Part shown: positions 19,271-26,375 of the stretch, one piece after another | Layout: each line of letters begins with the position of its first letter | Numbering within the stretch: position 1 is the stretch's first letter | NCBI GenBank assembly: GCA_002794465.1 | Contig: MTSL01000114.1 | Coordinates: 6,829-38,828 of the forward strand | Length of the DNA: 32,000 bases | Direction: 5' to 3' | From: Paramicrosporidium saccamoebae KSL3 | Taxonomy: Eukaryota > Fungi > Cryptomycota | The notes under the pieces: generated by a model | Seen by the model: only the letters and a program-made list of their open reading frames with translations | Database searches by the model: none | What the model was told of the DNA's origin: nothing | Position numbers and translations under genes: made by a program

Positions 19271-19331
19271 CCTTTGCTTTAGGTTCTACTTTCCCAAATT
19301 AGGCCGCCGGGGTGGGGTCGTCAGGTCTCCA

Positions 19332-19850
19332 ATGCTCCTTCCAGCCTCCAAGAAGTGGAGGTGGAATCGCGCCAATGTAAGAAAAGTATTTGGTAGCATT
19401 GCAAAGTTTGCCAAAGTGGATCTGAATGGCTGGGCGGTTGCAATCGAACTTGTGGGCCGAGACCGAATGCGCCTCCTTAATTTTAAACATCGCGGAATTA
19501 ACAAGACGACGGATATATTATCGTTCAAGTTGAATGACTATTCACCCGGTGAATTTTGTCTCGACTCGTCTGAAGACGGGGGGCCTTTGGGAGAAATTAT
19601 TGTGTGTCTGCCGCATGTTTTGCAAAAATACAATCACCCTAACCCGCGGATCCTGGACCGGAGAATGGAGCGTCTCTTTGTTCACGGACTTGCCCATTTA
19701 ATGGGATATGATCATGACGTCACAGCAGAGTACAAAAAAATGATTTCATTCGAGAGTTACCTACTACGTAGGCTTTACCAAAGCCAATCTGTTCCACATA
19801 GACTTGGAAACCGTTCAATGTATTGTCATTACAAAATGAGTGATTTTTGA
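19332..19850 (+). CDS. YBEY: YbeY/UPF0054 endoribonuclease (probably mitochondrial ribosome biogenesis factor)
   Basis: RMRLLNFKHRGINKTTDILSF, LGEIIVC and the zinc motif LFVHGLAHLMGYDHD. Alternative upstream ATG at 19260. Confidence 0.9.
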   Translation: MLLPASKKWRWNRANVRKVFGSIAKFAKVDLNGWAVAIELVGRDRMRLLNFKHRGINKTTDILSFKLNDYSPGEFCLDSSEDGGPLGEIIVCLPHVLQKYNHPNPRILDRRMERLFVHGLAHLMGYDHDVTAEYKKMISFESYLLRRLYQSQSVPHRLGNRSMYCHYKMSDF

Positions 19851-20039
19851 ATGGTATTTCAGTGTGGTTTATGATCCGTGTGAGGCTTTCATTGTAACAA
19901 AAACCAAAAGGTCTTGGTCCATTGAATATTTGCGAGACTTTCAGTAACGACTGAGAAGGCTTGATTTATAACCCTCCCCCACCCGCACCCACACTCACTC
20001 ACACAATAGACCTTTATCCCTGGTCTTTGGATATAGTTT

Positions 20040-20655
20040 ATGTGGCCCGCTGACGGGTGGGTTGAAGTTGCCCTTTCTGGAGGCGAGCCCTTCCATGGCC
20101 AAATATTCCAGGTTGACGAGCACCTTGGCGTCGCAGTTTTAATGCGCCCCATAATCCCTGCAGACTATTCAAGCCTCCCGGCGCCCCTCCGGCCTGCCCT
20201 CAACCACACGGTGCAGATCGTTGCCCTTTCCTCCGTGACTTCTGTGAAGACGGTGGCGGGTCCGGATGGCGAAGCAGTGGAGTTACCGGCGGTGAGGCCA
20301 GTCAAGGTGGAGCGTCTGATGCGACGGGAGGCCCGATCGGTGCAGAAGAGACAATGCATGGTTGACGGCCAGGCACCCAGTGGAGCCAGCCAAGAAGCAG
20401 TGGCTATTTATACTGCATTGGCAAAGACGTAACAATTCATAGATTATTTAATTTTGTAGACTTCCATGCTATTGGTATCGAGCCGAAGCTCCTTCGGACG
20501 AACCACCCACCATAGTGGTTTTGGAAGAGGTCTATGTCTGTTCTCCATACACGCCAGGAAGTTGTCGTGGTACTATCAAGAGCAGTGCCGGCTTGGTGGA
20601 GCGTGTCAAAAAGGTTCTCGAGGGTGAACGTCGACGCCTCGGTTTGGATAAATAA
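20040..20655 (+). CDS. LSM12: LSM12 (Lsm plus anticodon-binding domain), 194 aa
   Basis: Exons 20040-20428 and 20460-20655; AIYTALAKTLPCYW...IVVLEEVYVCSPY...C...ERVKKVLE matches the Lsm12 AD domain. Confidence 0.85.
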
Positions 20656-20694
20656 ACTACTGCATGATTGTGTTGCGTGGTGGGGGGTTGTGGG

Positions 20695-20800
20695 TGGTGT
20701 TATGTGGTGGGAGTATTATCACGGCGACTGGGATTCAAGTTGGGCGACAGAGAGTTGCCAGCCGGGATGGACTCGCCGGCATAGTGTCCAAACACTGAAG
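20695..20800 (+). repeat. Dispersed ~120-bp intergenic element, copy 4
   Basis: GGAGTATTATCACGGCG (20710-20726) and core GACTCGCCGGCATAGTGTCCAAACACTGAAG (20770-20800). Confidence 0.8.
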
Positions 20801-20853
20801 AGTCAATAAGATCAAACATTAAAGAGTCAATATGATCAAACATCAAAGAGTCA
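20798..20853 (+). repeat. 24-bp tandem duplication (2.3 copies)
   Basis: AAGAGTCAATAAGATCAAACATTA / AAGAGTCAATATGATCAAACATCA / AAGAGTCA. Confidence 0.85.
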
Positions 20854-21161
20854 CTGTTTGTATTCCTCACCTCTGACTCTCCTGTTAATATTTAGATCAA
20901 CACTCAGCACTCAACTAAACAACCACTCCACTATCACCACTGCGCAATGATTGCAATATTATCTTTGGTCTCCTTTCTTGGGCTGACCAATGGGGAGGGT
21001 TGGCTTGTTGTGGTTGGCCGCTCTATTGGGACTTGCTATTCTTAGCAACGGGAGAGGGAGACGAATGGGACAAGACGGGTATATAAACAAAGGGGCGGCA
21101 AGTCGACAACCGCCACAACACAAACGGTACGACACCCTCTTGAAACCTGACCTGCCTAGAA

Positions 21162-21586
21162 ATGCCTGTTGACGCACCTTTTGATTGTTTCTCCAAGAAC
21201 GGTTACGAACATGGATTCTGTGGATGTCTCCGTGATCCGCTCTACTGTATCGCCACCTACTTCTGCCCGTGTCTGGTGGTTGGTCTGGTGACTGGTCAGA
21301 TGGACGGAGGTTCCTTCAACGTTGTGACCTGCTGCTGCGCTCCTCTTGGTGCCTATCGCAACCGTCGCAAGGTGCAAGACATGTTCGACCATCACGAGTC
21401 TGAGGATGGATCCATCTTGGCCGTTGCATGCTGTCCCTGTTGCGCGTAAGACTTGTCATTGTGATTGTGATGTTTAGGATCGTCCAGGATGCTCACGAAT
21501 GGAACAGCCGTAGACCCGACAAGAGAACCGATGCTGCTCCCGCTGCCGTCATCCCGCCCGCTGCCGCCGAAGCCCCAGTGGTCTAA
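21162..21586 (+). CDS. PLAC8/cornifelin-family Cys-rich protein, 130 aa
   Basis: Exons 21162-21445 and 21478-21586: HGFCGCLRDPLYCIATYFCPC...CCPCCAIVQDAHE. Confidence 0.85.
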
Positions 21587-21896
21587 ACGTCCTTGTGGTG
21601 CCGACACAAGATGGAGAGTAAAAAAGAAGAATAAAAAGCTAAAGGCAGGTCTATGTAAATGGGTGTTTGGGTCGGGTTGAGTTAGGGGGTAATATAGTAA
21701 TAAGGTGGCGGTAGTATGGGCATCATGATGGATTGAAATAATGTGTTTGATTGATGGAAGAGACAATAATTAGTGATCAGAAAGGTGTATCAGTGATTAA
21801 GAGCTATATCAATGGTTAAGAGTCATAAATAATGAATGAGCAATGATGGATGCCATGGTCCGCTGTTATTGTCTACACAATATATACTGCTATTCT

Positions 21897-23436
21897 CTAA
21901 GCAATGTCCCTTGTGGGGGAGAGAATACAATTCAGATAGTATTTGACACCGGAGGGAGAATCATCACGACACAAAATGCCAGCCTTTTCAGACTTTTCCA
22001 AATAAAGAATTGAAATGGACAGGGTCATATTAGCTTTACGAGACACTGCAAGGGCGTCAACGCAATCCAGTTCATCGACAATCAAGCTTTTCACGGTCCT
22101 CATAATGACTGCATCGGTCTGGTCCCGAGACTGGACAACCAGCAGACCGCTGGGGAGCTTACAGAGTTCAACCGGCATGGAAAGATCCGACATGAGCGAG
22201 GCAGCACGGAACAAGTCTTCGGGAGAGACGAGATTTGTGCCCCGGGCTCGATTATACAGACAGTACACATCAGCAAGTGGCAACATTGGCGATTTCCGAC
22301 GCTCTAAAAGCCTGAAAATGAAATCGCCCAATTGTCTTGAGAGCTCTTTGGTGAACGAGTTGCCTGTCGTTTCCTTGGTCACCGCCCCAGCAACTCCCAT
22401 TTCCAATAGTAAATTGCGAAAGTCCCGTTCCGTCTGCTCATCCACACTATCAGATTTGTTTGCCAATTTATTCGAGACGCTCTCGGCAAGCTTCACCATC
22501 TCCGAGGCTTTGCTCATTAACGAGTCCAAATCATTAAAAGCCACTGACAAATTGGCATCAGTGTCCTGTTGTGAAATGTTCACCCGTTTAAGCAATCCAG
22601 CGACTCCGCCGACCGACGGATCAAAGACACGTTCTTCTCGTCGTTCATACGTCTAAATCTCATGAATAATGTCTGCAAGACGTACCGTCCATTCTTGCTT
22701 CTGTATGGCCATTTGGAGATGCGCAAGAAAGTTGGATGGCCCCACTCCACGAAACGAGAGACGAATGTAATCATCGCCGCCCTCAGACACGGACTCTGTT
22801 AGCTCTGGAGATGCACGCGGCATCAGTCTCGGCGTGCCACACATCTCACAGGCTTGCAGAACAGACTTGTTGACAAAGGTGCAAATGTGACAATCCCATC
22901 CGACATCTTTTGGGGCGAGTTTCTCTTGGGGCCGTGGCACACCACAAATACCGCATTTGATTTTGTCAGTTGTGTTCCGTTCAGAACAAATGGTGCAAGT
23001 CCAGAATGAAGGCTGTGGAGAGTTGACAGTCTTTTCTGAAGTGATAGAACATGCCGGATGGAATGGAGACTGTGTACATTTGGGCAGTAGGAAGAGTGTG
23101 ACCTTGGGACTGCTCTTCAGGAAGCCCGACTAATCCATTAGTACGCAAAGCCATCTCACCTTTGAAGTGTGCCTACTCACCAGACTAAGACTCAGAGATA
23201 TAGAGTTATCTACAGGACGGACTGCGTCTCGCCATAATATTCGGTGGTTGGTTAGTATTAGCGATCCATCCTGGTATTCTGCTGCCTGCACATCTCTACA
23301 AAAGGTCACTGGAATTCTCCTACTTGTACCGGTCATATAAGGCGACTTTTGGGATTAGCAGTAGCTCACTTTCATGCTCCAACAACTGGGCTCTCTGTGT
23401 CCGCTGGTCAACGGTGAGTCTGTCCCACCTATCCAT
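21897..23436 (-). CDS. VPS36: ESCRT-II subunit Vps36 (split GLUE, two NZF fingers, winged helices), 480 aa
   Basis: Exons 23436-23330, 23295-23160, 23129-22686, 22652-21897. Motifs: YQDGSLILTNHRILW, SGFLKSSPKV, WTCTIC..CGICG, WDCHICTFVN..CEMCG, IRLSFR, AFNDLDSLMSKA, DVYCLYNRARGTNLVSPEDL. Confidence 0.93.
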
Positions 23437-23612
23437 TCAGCCAATCACACTTCTGTGCGTTGTTGCAGTGAGAGCGAGAATGAGAGTAAGAGTGAAAGGG
23501 AGGATGAGTGTGAGGATCAAATACTCCCGGCTATTACTATAATACAATCTCTATACGCATAAATGCCTCGCACACTTTATTGAAGCAATTGCTCGTGATT
23601 AATCCCAAAGTA

Positions 23613-23933
23613 TTATTCGTGGCCAGACAGTTGCTGCAGATCAGAGATCGAAGGACAGTTTAAATTTCCGGCAAATTTGCCCTCTTCCCTCAAATCATCC
23701 CATCGTGAGACCCAGTTTTGCGGACAGATAATCTTGTAGTTTCGCTTAAAATAGTCGCAGGGACTAAAGTCTGCACCCTTGGCTGCAACGCACATGTGGT
23801 AGTCGACATAGTTTTGCCAGCAATTTTTGGTCTGGTTGGCGTTGGGGAAGCGTGGGTCAAAGGGAGCGGTGGAGAGGACGACGCTATCGGGGTCGTTTTG
23901 GAGTTGCTCGAGGGTGGGAGCTGAGTTTGGCAT
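23613..23933 (-). CDS. COX12: Cytochrome c oxidase subunit 6B (Cox12)
   Basis: [27 protein letters not shown]...[18 protein letters not shown] (CX9C-CX10C). Confidence 0.96.
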   Translation of the reverse strand: MPNSAPTLEQLQNDPDSVVLSTAPFDPRFPNANQTKNCWQNYVDYHMCVAAKGADFSPCDYFKRNYKIICPQNWVSRWDDLREEGKFAGNLNCPSISDLQQLSGHE

Positions 23934-24204
23934 TGCGCAATCTTTCCGTTCCTTAAAGGAAAAATCAAATTGCTATTGAGAAGTTTCTAATCTGTATGAG
24001 GCCTTGATTCGAGTGAGGTCTACATCGTAGTAATAATCGAGGGTTTTTGATATGTGATGTACGCACTCTCTCATATATGTAAAGGTCCGTTTTCCTTGAA
24101 CCATATATATACCTTCACTTTCTCATTTTAACCCACTCGCTCTTATATCCGCTTTCACAGTCCCTGGTCTTAGATACACTCTCTGACACTTTTCCACTTT
24201 ATTA

Positions 24205-24887
24205 ATGAGTTCTAATTCTTTGCAAAACCCCATCTTGTATTCATACTGGAGAAGCTCAGCCGCTTGGAGAGTCCGCATAGCGTTAGAATTGAAGGGAATC
24301 CAGTACGAATATCGTGCTGTCAATCTCGTGCAAGGCGAACAAGTAAACCCATCAGTATTTACTCAGCCAAGTAGAGAAGCGATGATTACAAAAAGAATGT
24401 CCATCCTGGTGGACTTGTCCCTGCCCTCCAGATCTCTGAGAGTCAGGCCCCTCTGACTCAGTCCATTGCCATCCTCAGCTATCTCGAGTCATTAGCGTCG
24501 CCCTCTTTGCTGCCCGAGGACCTATTGATGCGGGCCCATGTGCTGGAGCTCGTCTACACCATTGCATGTGACACACATCCTCTTCAGAATTTGCGCGTCC
24601 TCCAGACATATCCCGAGGACGATCGCCCCGATCATGCCAAGCGCATAATTTCCTCGGGATTGACGACTTTTGAGCTGTTACTGGGGGAACAATTTGGAAA
24701 ATGTTGCGTTGCGGACGAGGTTACCTGGGCTGACATTGTTCTTGTGCCACAGGTCTATAATGCTCAACGATGGGGTGTGCAGATGGAACAATTTCCGAAA
24801 ATCTCCAAAATCTACGGACATTTAATCACACTGCCTGCATTCATCGCAGCCCACGCAGATAACCAGCCAGACGCTCCTAAACAGTAA
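24205..24887 (+). CDS. GSTZ1: Glutathione S-transferase zeta / maleylacetoacetate isomerase, 216 aa
   Basis: Exons 24205-24342 and 24375-24887: [67 protein letters not shown]. Confidence 0.92.
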
Positions 24888-24892
24888 CTTTA

Positions 24893-25216
24893 TTAAAACT
24901 CTTTGCCATGTTTCACGTCATCGTGTATGATACTGAAATTCGGACGTTTTATATTACGGCGCTCACAAGCAAGTATCTGTCTGAAGCGCACCACTCCCTC
25001 CATCCCGTATCGTTCAGCGCAACGTTCCAGTTCTGGTCGCTGGAGATTATCCAGATGGTGAGCGTAGAATATTAACACATCGTGGGTATAGGCTATCCAT
25101 TCTTCTGGCGTGCAGGGAGGACTCAGCAGCTTGGGTATCATTCTGAAGCCACTGAATATGCCTCCCCATTGCGCAAAAACTAGAGAGAATGACAACAGAC
25201 CCCAAATGAGATGCAT
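24893..25216 (-). CDS. Orphan small secreted protein (107 aa)
   Basis: Signal-like MHLIWGLLSFSLVFA|Q, three Cys, stop embedded in AATAAA. Confidence 0.65.
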   Translation of the reverse strand: MHLIWGLLSFSLVFAQWGGIFSGFRMIPKLLSPPCTPEEWIAYTHDVLIFYAHHLDNLQRPELERCAERYGMEGVVRFRQILACERRNIKRPNFSIIHDDVKHGKEF

Positions 25217-25489
25217 GCAGGAGGTGAAAGAGCGCCCAGCTGTAAAGTGACGAATTGATTGGCTAGTTTCCTCTGAACGGCTGGTCCTTCATTAAGTGAC
25301 AGGGTATTCATTATCGGACATGCGGGGGATTAGATAAGAAAATTCAAAAGATTCAATCACGAGCTAGATGGTTTTCCTTCTGCTCAATAAACCTCGTAGC
25401 TTTATCCGTAGTAATCCTCCCCGTCACGCGATATTTATGGAGAAAGTGCCCCCAATCAAAGAGTCTGTACTTGTAACCGCACAAAATAT

Positions 25490-26098
25490 TTATATTAGTG
25501 CCACCTTGTTTAGATGTAGCAGCTCTTCAGCGAGACGAAAACGTAATACATAAATGTCGTTTTTCTGGAGATCCGCAGTCATATCCCGGTGGACTCGCAC
25601 GGTGCCCACTTCTTCGAGTACTCTACAAATAACGTGCGCGTCCGTCTTGGGTTGTGCAACCAGTTCGTCTGTGGGTAGTTCTGCCAACCCGGCAGGCAGA
25701 TGCTTCAATACGGAGCCCTCGAATGCCTTTGCTTTACACTTTGCATACCGACCCAGATAGACTCGTTCTTCTGGCGACAACAAAGTCTCATCTTTCAGCC
25801 AATATATCCAATACGCTTCAATTTTTGCCAATCTGCAGCGCAAATAGGAGGCAATGACATAACGTAGCCGTTCTACTTCCATCTGGTACAGCGTATTGAG
25901 ATGGGCGTCGAGTTGTTCACTGAGGAGCGCCTGCTGGTTGGCAATCAATTCGAGGAGGTTACTAATGAGCTCTGTGGCATAGGGCAGCAATGTGGGAGAG
26001 AGTCGCTCGTTGAGCCACACCTGGAATAATGCAGATACTTCCTCCTCTGGCTGCGTCTCATTGTACATGGAGAATGCCAGGCCATCGCTCTCCAACAT
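25490..26098 (-). CDS. SLD5: GINS complex subunit Sld5 (GINS4)
   Basis: WLNERLSPTLLPY, LYQMEVERLRYVIASYLRCRLAKIE, LLSPEE, P..DAHVICRV, IYVLRF. Confidence 0.92.
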   Translation of the reverse strand: MLESDGLAFSMYNETQPEEEVSALFQVWLNERLSPTLLPYATELISNLLELIANQQALLSEQLDAHLNTLYQMEVERLRYVIASYLRCRLAKIEAYWIYWLKDETLLSPEERVYLGRYAKCKAKAFEGSVLKHLPAGLAELPTDELVAQPKTDAHVICRVLEEVGTVRVHRDMTADLQKNDIYVLRFRLAEELLHLNKVALI

Positions 26099-26375
26099 TG
26101 AGAAATATTTTCTTTTAATAGATCTGTCGAAGAACTAAGGTTATTTATTTGAAGACGGCGGCGTTTTTTAGAGGTCGCTACCCTTTATGATTGTGGGACT
26201 ACCAATAATGAACGGATATTTTTTAACAAGATTTACATTCAGTGTAATCAGTATAAAAACATGTTATGAAATTAATGTGGAATTGTCGTCTGAATTGGAA
26301 CTATCAAATCGTCGCCCAACGGCATCTACACGTACCCTGGCTTCGCTGTTGTTTCGCCGGACTGCTCGTCGTCTA

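Noticed and set aside
18098-19282. 394-aa plus-strand ORF
   Set aside because: In-register antisense shadow of SerRS.
20990-21172. 60-aa ORF with a signal-like hydrophobic N-terminus before PLAC8
   Set aside because: Non-ATG (TTG) start at 20990, overlaps the PLAC8 start, and lies in its probable promoter/5' UTR.
26187-26318. ORF-track AlaRS start (MIVGLPIMNG...)
   Set aside because: The extension is acidic and not presequence-like, lies upstream of a TATA-like box, and is crossed by out-of-frame ATGs. It is probably promoter DNA.
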